Under the pieces are notes generated by a model. It ran no database searches. It saw only the letters and a list, made by a program, of their open reading frames with translations, and was not told where the DNA came from. Shown piece after piece: positions 25,377 to 37,850 of a stretch of DNA of 64,000 nucleotides. The position numbers and the translations under genes are program-made. The stretch's first letter is position 1; every line of letters starts with the position of its first letter. The DNA comes from Octopus sinensis. Taxonomy: Eukaryota. Location: contig NC_043017.1 in NCBI RefSeq assembly GCF_006345805.1, forward strand, positions 28,148,001-28,212,000, written 5' to 3'.

Positions 25377-25640
25377 ATTTTGTGATATTTTTGCTGCTTT
25401 TAATAAGACATATTACTCTACCTCTGGTGTTCGAATGCTATTTTTCCACAATTTTTTCCACCTTGAATGTATGTATGTATGTAAATGTATACGTATGTAG
25501 CAAGTTCATATATATATATATATATAAAGAGCAATAAAGATTCAAGTTAATTTAAAAAAATTTACTTGAATATGGTACCTAACTTAGATGCACCAAAAAA
25601 AACTATACTGATTTAACAATACAGTAATGTGGGGTGATTA

Positions 25641-25903
25641 TAAGCGAGAAAGAAGCAACAAGAATGGATAGGTTTTAGTACTTTTAGAACTTTAATGAAC
25701 TTTAGAAATCTGTTTAATTATCTACATTACTTCATGAGTATAGCCTCAAACACTAGGATGTCTAGAGAACTTACATGTATTTTAGCTGATGAGTACGGGA
25801 CTCGTTTATATGCTGTAATCTTTGCAACTTTTAATAAAACCTGTCCTTGTATGAAACGATCGTACTAAAAACCTATCCATTCTTGTTGCTTCTTTCTCGC
25901 TTA
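25641..25903 (+). mobile_element. Hammerhead-bearing PLE-like mini-element with ~41-bp terminal inverted arms
   Basis: Arms 25641-25681 and 25862-25903, TA on both sides. A 16-bp direct repeat CGTATGTAGCAAGTTC (25492, 25979) flanks the larger block. Confidence 0.65.
25780..25870 (+). ncRNA. Type I hammerhead ribozyme motif with canonical core
   Basis: Helix I TTTTAG/CTAAAA; CTGATGA; helix II GTACGGGAC/GTCCTTGTAT with 41-nt loop; GAAA; helix III palindrome ACGATCGT; GTA cleavage triplet (predicted cut after 25864). Confidence 0.8.
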
Positions 25904-25910
25904 TATATAT

Positions 25911-25953
<43 letters not shown>

Positions 25954-26866
25954 ATGTATGTATGGTTGTAAATATATGCGTATGTAGCAAGTTCGTGTGT
26001 GTGTATATATATATATACATACGTATATATAGGTCTTATGACGGTATGGACGACTGAGTGAAAGTGATTACTATATTTGGGCACATACTATATTTGTCTA
26101 GCTCCTGTCTGCAAAGCTGTGACACCGTTGGAATGTGGTTCGTATTCTAGTGTCACAAGTTTCATTCCTTTACTACAGTTCTCCGAATATTTTACTACAA
26201 TTTAAAGACATTTATCAATTCTTGTGGAGGCAGTAAATGACCATTTTGCATCAACATCTGTTCTTAGTTTATTTCTGTATCAATCACTGGGGAAGGTCAG
26301 CTAACAAACATTGAATATTGTATAGGAAATGATTAATCATTTTGTCTGTAATCTCTTTAAGTTCTGAGTTCAAATTCCGTCGAAGTCAACTTTGCCTTTC
26401 ATACTTTCGGATTCAATACATTAAGTACCATTCACATACTGGGGTCGATCTAATCCACTGGTTCTCTTCCCCCAAAGTGTTTTTAGAGTAGAAAAGAATA
26501 TATTAAAAAGCAGAGCCTGATTAGTCTTAAGAAAAATAATTCTAGAGGGTGACGGTTTGACATCCAGTTTGTACCCCATAATTTCGTTATTGTGAGTTGT
26601 GAGATATCAAAATAGTTAAAGATAATTTTACATGCCTGTTAGATACGGAGAAAGAAAGAAATTACTCACTCCGACTATTTCTTGAGACCTTGTGTACTGC
26701 CAGTGATTAAATGTCTTTCATAAAACGTTACTGCTATGATACTCAAATTTCTCATACTGCTACACACACACACACCATCGCACACTCGCTCACAAAAACA
26801 CACACACACCATCACACACTCGCTCACACAAACACACACAGATTGATAGATAGATATATACACCCA

Positions 26867-26902
<36 letters not shown>

Positions 26903-27146
26903 TGTATGTATGTATATCTACATATGTATATGCATGCATGTATGTATATCTACATATGTATGTATGCATGCATGTATGTATATCTACATATGTATGTATG
27001 CATGCATGTATGTATATCTACATATGTATGTATGCATGTATGTATATCTACGTATGTATGTATGCATGTATGTATATCTACGTATGTATATCTATATATA
27101 TATATATATATATGTAAATGTACATATACATATGTGTATACATAAA

Positions 27147-27185
<39 letters not shown>

Positions 27186-29250
27186 TATATATATGTAAAT
27201 GTACATATACATATGTGTATACATAAATATTTATATATATATATATATATAAATATGTGTGTATGTATATCTGTGTGTGTGAGTGTCTGCGTGTGTATAA
27301 ACACACACACACACATATATGCATGCAGTTAGGCATATATACAGATGTGTGTATTCTCATTTATTTCTGCCTTATTTTTCTGTGTATAGATTTTTATTTG
27401 TATATGAGAGATCGCGAGAGATGTGTGGAGAGGGAAAAAAAAAGTGTGTATGCGGTAGAAGAGATATACAGAGATACACATTGACATATATCTGCAAAGG
27501 AAAAATAGAAACATATTCAATACATAAAAGATGAATAGATTTCCATACAAGAGCCCTCAGTGTATTCTCTGAATGCATTGAAATTACAACATCTGTAAGA
27601 ATACAAATAATAACAACAGCAGCAGCAGCATCAGCAGCAGTAACATCAACAGCGAATTAAAAACAAAAGAAAGAAATAAACAAGAATGATAAAATAAATT
27701 GTAATCATGAAGTATTTTGTTTTCTTTTGTGAATATGAAAACATTTATCTAGTACAAAAATGTAAAAAGAGAGACACAAGAAAAACTATATTAATTGAAG
27801 AGTAAAAACAAATAGATTATTATAACAATAAAACAGAATTTACTCAGTAAAAGAAAATGATTCATTGATTATTTTCCTGCTTTTGTCTTCTGTGTAAGGA
27901 ACTGATAGAGAAATAGATTGGTATATGGAATGAGTTAAGTGTAAAACGTATTGTTCATTATGTTATACGAATTGATGGATACGATTCCGTATTGGAAAAC
28001 AGTCGTGTTTAAAATAGATAGAATATACACATATAAAAAAAAATGCATTCCACTCGATAATTTTAGAACTACCTAAGAATAACAGCTGGATTTTCTCTGA
28101 AGTCATAAAGATTTGAGATTTAGAAACGATAAACGTCCGTCTGTTTGTTGACTTATTGAAACTTGGGATATAAAGCATTGCAATATTTGTTCTAGGATAA
28201 ATTAGCTCTGACTTCAACCCCACCCATTTAGAATGATTTCGCTTTATTTATTCAGGATGGTGATACAAAGAGTGTAATTTTCCGATACTGGCTTATCTCC
28301 ATCCATCTTTGAGATTCTTTATGTCTCCGGGAAAATTTGAAAGGGTAGAATAAGAGTGTGGATCTATGTCTTGTCCTGACTACATGAACACCTAAAACAA
28401 TTAGCGAAATCATGGTACGATTTGGCAAATCATAATCTATTGCGATTGACGGCTGTTGTACATAGACTAAATATTGTGTAACTAAAAGGCCAATTCGATT
28501 GCGAATGGCATCCATTTAAGCTGCAATACTAACAATAATATTAAATAATTATGAATCAATAAAGCAAGTATGCTTTATGCTCGGTGGCATTTCGCCTGTC
28601 TTTACGTCCGTGTTCAAATCGGCTTACCCACTCCCCCGTAATTGCTGGCGTTGTGCCAAAATTTAAAATCAATATAATTTCCTATTTTATTTACTTTTGT
28701 GTTTTTGAAGGGAGTGTGCGGACAGAATCATTAACACGACGGACAAAGTGCTTAGCGATATTTCGTCTGTCTTTGTTCTGAGTTCAAATTCCACCTAAGT
28801 CTACTTTTCCTTTATTCCTTTTGAGGTCAATAAAATAAGTACCATTCACTGTAGTCGATACAATCGACTTACCCTTCCTCACAAATTGCGGCCCTTGCGT
28901 GAAATTTTGAAGCCAAAGTTACTAGATCCTCACAGTGGGTGAGGTGGTCTGAATCATTAGTACTTCGTGGAATATCAGGGTTTATGTTCTGAGTTCAAAT
29001 GCCACAGAAGTTGACTTTCATCATTCCAGAAATGATGAAATATTTGCCGGTTGATCACTGGAACCAAAGAAACTAATTCCCTCTTCTGGAATTTCAGGCC
29101 TTTTGTCTATAACAGAAATAATTATTACTAAATTTATTGTGTCGTATTTTATTCTCTTTGGTGGTCTTTATTGGCTGATCAGTTTTCACTAACAAGACCC
29201 AGGTCAAAAGCTTTCTAGGCAAGATCACACAGTTTATGCGTATTTATATA

Positions 29251-29481
29251 TTTTTTATTGCCCACAGGGGGCGACACATAGAGGGGACAAACAAGGACAG
29301 ACAAAGGGATTGAATCGATTACATCGACTCCAGTACGTAACTGCTACATATTTAATGGACTCTGAAAGGATGAAAGGTAAAGTCGACCGCGGCGGAATTT
29401 GAACTCAGAACACAAAGACAGATGAAATACTGCTAAGAATTTCGCCGGGCATGCTAACATTTCCGCCAGCTCATCGCCTCC
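29251..29481 (-). mobile_element. SINE family C monomer
   Basis: Head plus one body unit on -. Other diverged family C pieces lie near 22020-22400, 23150-23310, 26350-26500, 28720-29110, 42630-42715, 48235-48420 and 53690-54120. Confidence 0.8.
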
Positions 29482-30835
29482 ATATATATATATATATATA
29501 AACATCTGCTTGTTGTCTACACCACCTGTCTTCGTCTTTTGTTTTTTTTTTTGTGAATTTTCCCTATATATATATATATATATACGGAGAGAGAGAGAGG
29601 GGGACAAATGTATTGTGCAATGTAGCTTTGTATACCTTATTTAGGGCGATACGTAATGAAGAATAAAAATTTGGGATACTAATTTTTGACGCGACGTAGT
29701 AACGTTATAGAGTTCTTTATGCTATTAATTAGATCCAAATGATATTTGGTTTTGCATACTTAGTTCGAATCATTCTGGCTTAAATACCCCTCCCCAATTT
29801 CTTTCACAAGCATTATTCGTATAAGACCTGACTTTTTTTCTGAATCCTACATATAGACTTACATATTTTTTGCTGTATCCTACATATACATTTACATATA
29901 TAGGCATTTCTAGTAAACCTAATTTCATTAATTAACAGCATTTGTGTGTATATAACAACACGCAATTCATTCCGTGTAGCATATTTAACATACTATTGCT
30001 TCAAATTACATTTGATTACGTACAGATAGCATACGTATGCATTACTACAACGCCCAAGTCTCCAATAGACGTTGTATCTTTACATTCACGTCAGAAACAC
30101 TAGCCTTAGCTAAAACCACTTTCGCTATATTTTTTTTACACATTTGTAGAGCGCTCACAATTATCGATACCACTTATCATTCCACTTAAAGACATATAAG
30201 ATCTCTTCTTAAGTAGACAGTTTTTAAGCAATACTCTAAAAGTAGAAGAATAGCGCTCTAATACCTCGAATATTTCCTTCTGACAACTGTGTATCACAAT
30301 TTTATTTCTTTTTTTATCTTTCTTGTCTTAATTCCTCTAAATTACACTCATTCATATCATCGTGTAAGCACTAATTGTTATTTTCTTTACATAAACGTTG
30401 AAGTTTTTGAATTCTCAAACTGACGACGTCAGCTCCAGAAACTTTTACAATAATTTACCTTAGCTAATGCATTTCAATCTGATTATCTCTTATTTATTAC
30501 CGTTTAACACGTTCTATCACCAATTATTATGTTCTTTAATTCCTAAGCTCTATAGATAATATTTTCCCTTTATCGTGTTTTAAATTCAGTAAATTATAAC
30601 AGATCATAAATTCATTTTTACAATAACCTGAAATATTTGATAAATCGCACCTCTATATTTTTTGATCGCTCTTAACAATTTTAAAGACATTGAATATAAA
30701 AAGAAATCCGCTCAGCGAATATACTTAAAGAAAATTTAACCGTTTCCTAGTTAATATTCAAATTTCCATAAGAGACCGTCAGAATGATGTAGACGCATCT
30801 GATGAGAACACAATAAGATTCGAAGATCGATTAAA

Positions 30836-31594
30836 AGTGGCGAGCTGGCAGAATCGTTAGAACGCCGGGCGAAATGCGTAGCCGTATTTCGTTTGCCGTT
30901 ACGTTCTGAGTTCAAATTCCGCCGAGGTCGACTTTACCTTTCATTCTTTAAGGGTCGATAAATTAAGTACCAGTTACGCACTGGAGTCGATGTAATCGAC
31001 TTAATACCTATGTATGTTCTTGTTTGTCCCTTCTGTGTTTAGCCCCTTGTGGGTAATAAAGAAATAGGTGTTTCATCTGCCGCTACATTCTGAGTTCAAA
31101 TTCAGCCGAGGTCTTTCATCTTTTCGGGGTCGATTAAATAAGTACCAGTTACGCACTGGGGTCCATATAATCGACTTAATCCGTTTGTCTGTCCTTGATC
31201 TTCCCCTCTGTGTTTAGCCCCTTGTGGTTAGTAAAGAAATAGGGACTTCGTCTGCTGCTACGTTCTGAGTTCAAATTCCACCGAGGTCGACTTTGCCTTT
31301 CATCATTTCGGGTCGATATATTAAGTACCAGATAAGCACTGGGATCGATATAATCGACTTAATCCCTTTGTCTGTCCTTGTTCGTCTCCTCTGTATTTAG
31401 CCCCTTGTGGGTAGTAAAGAAATAGGTATTTCATTTGTCTTTATGTTTCTGAGTTCAAATTCCGCCGAGGCCGACTTTGCATTTCATCCTTTCGGAATCG
31501 ATAAATTAAGTACCAGTTGCATATTGGGGTCGATCTAATTGACTGGCCCTCTCCCGCCAAAATTTGAACCTTGTGCCGAGGGTAGAAAAGAATA
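30836..31594 (+). mobile_element. SINE family C with tandemly multiplied body (4 units, 175-184 bp period)
   Basis: Head GGCGAGCTGGCAGAATCGTTAG. Units start TTCTGAGTTCAAATT at 30904, 31088, 31263, 31447. Confidence 0.88.
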
Positions 31595-32087
31595 TTTAAA
31601 TCCGCATACATACTTTATATAAATTATAAGTTCCTACTTCTCAAAAATCTTAGCAATCGTTCAGTTTAAGCATTTTACTATTTACATTTCTGCTCAGAGT
31701 CTGATTTCTTTATGGTTTTCCACAGTTCTACTCATTTTATGACTTCAAATTAAATTATCCAACTTCCTTTAATAATTTCTTCCTACAAACATCCATGAGA
31801 GATTATTTCGTTTTAATTAATCCAATTTCACACACATTGAGATTTAGTATCATTTACTAGCGTAAATAAAAATGTATCGATTTTATATTTGATAGTGTTT
31901 TTCTTTTACATTAATTCAATATATTCATAAAAACTCTCAGTATTTATACCTTTTTAATTTATATAACTCAATCTTATATCCTTACTTCCCATGATTCAAT
32001 TTAGAAAACAGTTGTATTTAAAATATATAAAATGTAGTAATAGTAAAAATCGTTATTGCGGCATTTTAAATTTCATATTATATACGA

Positions 32088-32483
32088 CTAGCAGTATCGC
32101 CCGGCGTTGCTCAGGTTTGTAAGGGAAATAACTATAAAGCATTTTTAGAGAGTTATAGCCAAAAAATAGCAAAAAAATAGAAAAAAAAATGATGGTAAAT
32201 TTTTTTTTGAGAGTAAAAAAGGGTTGAGTTGCGTCCCCTAGACAGTCTGTGGTTTATTTTTTTTGATTCTCGACCCCATGTCGAATTTAATCGATTTTTT
32301 TCAGAACTGGGGGAACTTTTCAAAATTTTCGCTGCGTTGTTTTGAATTATGACATTGGGCTATTGTGTGTGTGTCAAGTTTCATCAGAATCGGTTGAAAG
32401 CCGTGGTCAGAGTGAGGGTACGAGAAAACAGACACACAGAAACACGCACAGACAAACTGCCGTTTATATAGAGAGAGAAGAGA
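32088..32483 (-). mobile_element. Non-autonomous Helitron (family H2): H1-type 3' ~120 bp with a different 5' body
   Basis: ACTAGCAGTATCGCCCGGCGTTGC 3' end shared with H1. 5' end carries TC...TCTCTATATAAACGGCAG and an (ACAG/ACAC)-like tract typical of DINE-1/HINE-like elements. Confidence 0.75.
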
Positions 32484-32575
32484 TTCCAGCACACAACATA
32501 GTTATCTGTATATTTTTTTCATAGGTAATAGTTAATTGTACCATTTATTTCCTCTCGTTTATTACACACACACAC

Positions 32576-32680
32576 CGAAACGTTTAATCCTCCTTCCTTC
32601 TTTCCTTTCTGAGCGCCCAATAACACTATACTTGTTCCACGTCCTCACGTTGTTCTGTTTTCATGTTTGGATTAACTATA

Positions 32681-32690
<10 letters not shown>
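32576..32690 (+). mobile_element. Family E element truncated inside the hammerhead (starts at CGAAACG)
   Basis: 3' half homologous to 2137-2260. Confidence 0.65.
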
Positions 32691-32746
<56 letters not shown>

Positions 32747-32902
32747 ATGGTGTATGAATATATGTATATGAGTGTGTATGTTTAAACTTTAGGCACTCCA
32801 GCGCGATTCAACACAGTAAGGTCTTTTTGAAAAGAGACGTCCAAATCATCAAGTTAAACCTGAGGTCCCTGTATACATATATACATATATATCTTACATA
32901 CA

Positions 32903-32940
<38 letters not shown>

Positions 32941-33625
32941 GTATGTATACACATATATATATGTAGCTATATATGTATATATTATATATATACATATATA
33001 TATATGTATATATGTGTATATATATGTATGTATATATTATACGCATGTATATATATGTATGCAAATAAATATTAGTCATGCCTATACACACGACGAAATA
33101 AACACTCAGATCCCATACATTGAATATTGTCTACAATCGTCGGGAACAATCAAGCACTGCACCTTTACGGAATTTTATTCTGCACTGTACCAACATTGCA
33201 ATTCAAATTAATCTATCAATTTCCAGATACTTCTCAATTGTTATCTACGTCTATATCTTACGTAAAAGTACAGCGAACTTCTAGATTCAAAATGGCAAGA
33301 AACCTCAATCTTTTTCTTTAGTTTTGCAAGACTGATTTACATTTAAATGTTGAAGAATCTACTGCGCACAGATATTTATTCGTCATCAATCTACATATAT
33401 TTAGTTCAGTAACTAGCAACACGCACGCATACATGCATATATATATATCTTCAAGTCTTCGGGAACCCTATTGTTCTTTGAGGCAGACAAAGTATATACC
33501 ATCAGAGTGGTCCGCTCTCTTGCTGATATGAATATTTCTTTGAAAATGAAAGAGAAAGAGGACAACTGTGAACAGCGGCTTACACATCTGCTCCTTCTAT
33601 ATCCAGATTATAAATTCACATATAT

Positions 33626-33775
33626 AGGCGTAGGAGTGGCTGTGTGGTAAGTAGCTTGCTAACCAGCCACATGGTTCCGGGTTCAGTCCCACTGCGTGGC
33701 ACCTTAGGTGTCTTCGGGCCGACTAAAGCCTTGTGAGTGGATTTGGTAAACGGAAACTGAAAGAAGCCTGTCGTA

Positions 33776-33812
<37 letters not shown>

Positions 33813-34020
33813 GCGTGTTTGTGTGTCTCTGTTTGTCCCCCCAACATCGCTTGACAACCGATGCTGGTGTGTTTACGTCCCCGTAACTTAGCGGTTCGGC
33901 AAAAAAGAGAACCGATAAAATAAGTACTAGGCTTACGAAGAATAAGTCCTGGGGTCGATTCGATAGACTAAAAAGGTGGTGCTCCAGAATGGCCACAGTC
34001 ACATGACTGAAACAAGTAAA
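33626..34020 (+). mobile_element. SINE family A, full length
   Basis: Matches 4482-4900. Confidence 0.88.
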
Positions 34021-34785
34021 ATGTATATATATATCTTATATATATATATATATAATAGGGATAATAATTGACGCATATTATTTGTGAGTAAATTTAAGTG
34101 ACAATGTGGATAAGCTCGGGTACTCAGAGGAAAAAAAGATGAAAAAAAAACAAGTGAATAAGGCAATTAACTCGCACATTACAAATACAATCTGTAAGTG
34201 GAACAATACAAATATACATAACATCTCAGAAGTTTAAAATCTGACATTGTTTTTGTCATCTATGTTCCAACAATGGCGATTTGTATCTTACTTAGTAACG
34301 AATTCCTTCCTAATGGGAAATATTTAGGTAATTAAAAGCAGAGGAGAATATGCATGTATGTGTGTATATATCGTTGCTATTATGCAAAAGTGTCGTGAGT
34401 TCAAAACGTTGCTTTTTTGGAAAGCGATAAAATAGTTTCACCATTCCATAGCAAAATCGTTGTAGTAACTTTGAGAAAGATGTAGATATGATAGTTTGAC
34501 TAAAAAAACCGGCTATTGATGGCAAAAATACAGAGTGAAAATAAAGCATTTGTCCAAATTTTGACATACCCATTTGAAAAAAATAACAATGATATATATA
34601 TATATATATGTGTGTGTCTGAGTACATATATATATATATTATATATGTATATATGTCTGTATGTATATGCACGTTCATAAATGCATAGACACAAATTGTA
34701 TGAATATACGCATGGGAGCATGTTTTGTTTTATAGGAATATACGTTGTGATTGTCTATATACACACACACACATATATACATACT

Positions 34786-34818
<33 letters not shown>

Positions 34819-34821
34819 TAG

Positions 34822-34903
<82 letters not shown>

Positions 34904-35021
34904 CATACATACAGATGGCGTGTAGGACTTTTCGGTTGTTTCAGAATCAGTGTTATTTATATGTGCGAGTGTGTACGAGTGTTTCTGCTTGCAGAAAGAA
35001 ATAGATACAAGTCGTTGTATG

Positions 35022-35215
35022 TATAGTGGCAGATGAGGAGTATATTCCTGGCTTGAAGTATTTCACAAAAGGCCTGGTTGGTGACTCATCCTTTGTAGTT
35101 CTTTTACGGGGCTTGGATAAAATGCGTGAATCTGAAAGGCAAATATTTTGAATAAAATCATAATTGACTGTATTTTCCTTTACCTAAAGCTAGGAACTTT
35201 TCAGCATCCACGCAC
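35022..35215. mobile_element. Mariner-derived MITE, same family as 43344
   Basis: TTCCTGGCTT...GGCCTGGTTGG...TTCTTTTAC...AATAAAATC...AGCTAGGAACTTTTCAGCATCC. Confidence 0.55.
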
Positions 35216-35221
35216 AGATAT

Positions 35222-35329
35222 GCATAGAGAGAGAGAGAGAGAGAGATACATAGATACATAGATAGATAGATACATAGATAGATAGATAGATAGATAGATA
35301 CATAGATAGATACATAGATAGATAGATAC

Positions 35330-35396
<67 letters not shown>

Positions 35397-35433
35397 TATA
35401 GATAGATATATAGATAGATATATAGATAGATAT

Positions 35434-35479
<46 letters not shown>

Positions 35480-35500
35480 GATATATAGATAGATAGATAC

Positions 35501-35533
<33 letters not shown>

Positions 35534-35665
35534 GATATAGAGATAGATAGATAGATAGAGATAGATAGATAGATAGAGATAGATAGATAGAGATATAGAG
35601 ATAGATAGTTAGATAGAGATAGATAGATAGATAGAGATATAGAGATAGATAGATAGAGAGAGCGA
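35222..35665. repeat. (GATA)n microsatellite
   Basis: Direct inspection. Confidence 0.97.
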
Positions 35666-36212
35666 AAGAGACAGACAGAGGAGAGATATAAGTATAAATA
35701 TATGAATGACATATCTGAAAATTTATCATTCATCTGTTTTCAGTTTTGACTATCTACTTAAAATATCTGATCATAATTTGTAGCAAAGTGAATCTGATAA
35801 TATCTGAATAGGAATTTATACAACACGCTACTGAGTGTGGCCTTGACAATGAGAGCTAGAAATGTAGAGTATAATCTTATCTCGTTTGAATCTGAAATGA
35901 CTATTTCCTTTGAAAAGTTTTCATTATCATGCATGCATATATTACTTACACTCGGGTTAGCATTGATCACGAGACATGTTTACTTACATATATATATGAA
36001 ATACTGTTCCGTGAGATACATATATATAGGATAGTGGTGCAATATTGAATCAATCTTTACTGGAAATAGCAGTCGATAATATACGACGCTACAGTAAAGC
36101 TTCAGCCGAAATTGCGAGGATGATCCGGGTCTTGACTGAAGATTAAAAGCTTCGAATGACCCGTCCGTGATTTTTGTATCGTCTATCTGGATGTTTTGCG
36201 TTCTTGTCCCAT

Positions 36213-36403
36213 TTTGTATATATATTTTTTTTCTCTCCTTGTTTCTTTCCGTGTTTCTTTTCTGTGTACCTTTCTGTTGAAGAGCATAGGCTCGAAACGT
36301 AAAAGACTTGTTTTATTTATATTCCTGAGCGCCATACTAATACAATTGTTTGTTTGTATTCCACCTGCCTTCGCGTTTTGTTTATTTTCATAAAGCTTCC
36401 CGT

Positions 36404-36410
<7 letters not shown>
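36213..36410 (+). mobile_element. Family D element; variant motif 36270-36305
   Basis: CTTT CTGTTGA A GAGC ATAG GCTC GAAAC GTA AAAG. Ends in (TA)n(TG)n. Confidence 0.72.
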
Positions 36411-36438
<28 letters not shown>

Positions 36439-36764
36439 ACTGGCAAAAATGCTAGGGGGCAAACATAAAAAGTTCATATGACCTGTAGTGAGAACATTAA
36501 ATAAATGTGCAACCCAGATGTGGATAATCTAGGACCTAGGTTTCGAACTTTCCAAATTACGCTTGTTAACGTAAATTTGATTAGTTCTCTTCGGGTAGAT
36601 TCACCAAGACAAAACTTCAAGTGTCGCTACGTCAATGCCAATATTTCTGGTCTCAATGTCTGACCGTTAACAAATTTTGGGCAAGTGTCTTCTTCTATAG
36701 CCTTGGGCCGATTAAAGCCTTCTGAGTGGATTTGGTAGAGGGAAACTGAAAGAAGCCCTTCGTG

Positions 36765-36820
<56 letters not shown>

Positions 36821-36822
36821 CA

Positions 36823-36975
36823 CTTTATTTAAAGCAGCAGAAAATTCAACAAAACCTGTTACTCTGAGTTTCCCGTTTCCGTTCATCGGACAGTTTTTGC
36901 TGCAACGGGAAACTCAGAGTAAGAGGTTTTGTTGAATCTTCTGCTGCTTTAAATAAAGCATATTACTCTACCACT
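36823..36975 (-). mobile_element. Family F hammerhead element folded as a ~55-bp-arm hairpin, nested in a SINE-A microsatellite
   Basis: Arms 36823-36877 and 36904-36958 with a 26-nt loop. Confidence 0.7.
36856..36893 (-). ncRNA. Minimal type I hammerhead motif, family F
   Basis: Minus strand: CTGT CCGATGA ACG GAAA CGG GAAAC TCAGA GTA ACAG (U4C core variant). Confidence 0.68.
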
Positions 36976-37344
36976 GTGTGTATGTATGTATGTATATATG
37001 TGTGTATATGTTTGTGTGTCTGTGTTTTTATCCCCCAACCATCGCTTGACAACGGATGTTGGTCTGGTTGCATCCGGCAAAGGGGAACGCTAGAATAAGT
37101 ACAAGGCTTGCGAAGAATAAGTTCTGGGGTACTGTTCCATATTATAGAAAACTCAGCATGATTTCTACTCCATCTAGTGAGAGAATGGTATCATTTATTT
37201 TAAGGACTCAATACATTTCTTTAAGTGCTACTAATTATTTGATATGTCGAGAAATATCTCGAACATATTCATCAAGAACAAACCACATATGCATAAGAGA
37301 AGAACCGCGAAAAAACTAAGGCAGTACAGAGACAACTTATCTAG

Positions 37345-37565
37345 GGAACGCGTGGCTTAGTATTTATGGTGTTGGATTCATGATCGCAAGATTGCGGTTT
37401 CGATATCTGGATTGGTCTGTGCATTGTATTCTTGAGCAAAACACTATTTTATATTGCTACATTTACCCAGCTGACAAAAGTGTGTAAGCCTGCGATGGAC
37501 TGGCGTCCCGTCCAGGTGGGGAAAATATAGGGCATGGAAACCGCGAAACCAACCAGATGAGTCTA
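37345..37565 (+). mobile_element. Diverged SINE with tRNA-like head, CORE-like box and CCTGCGATGGACTGGCGTCCCGTCCAGG motif
   Basis: GCGTGGCTTAGT...GGTTTCGAT...TTCTTGAGCAAAACACT. Related heads at ~23020-23091 (-) and ~42308-42380 (+). Confidence 0.55.
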
Positions 37566-37850
37566 TATGATTCGGAAAGGAACCTATAAACACACACACA
37601 CACACATATGCACACATATACATATATTTACACGCATACGTGTTATGACATTCGGATCTTATGAAATGTATGTGTGCGGGGAAAAGTCTGTATACGTCAC
37701 GCTCAATGTTGATGTAAAACAATGTCTGACGAAGTTACACGCATACACACACACAAAGACACACACACATATGAAAGTCTATAACAATTAATACAGTTTT
37801 TGAAACGTATAGATGATTTTTTTAAAAAATCTTTCTTTTTATATTTTAAA

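Larger units (their letters stand above)
36677..37131 (+). mobile_element. SINE family A, truncated, interrupted by the family F hairpin
   Basis: Core halves on both sides of 36823-36975. Confidence 0.75.

Noticed and set aside
30795-30835. CTGATGA-GAA...TTC-GAAG hammerhead-like string
   Set aside because: GAAA is broken and no helix I or III is present. Compatible with chance.
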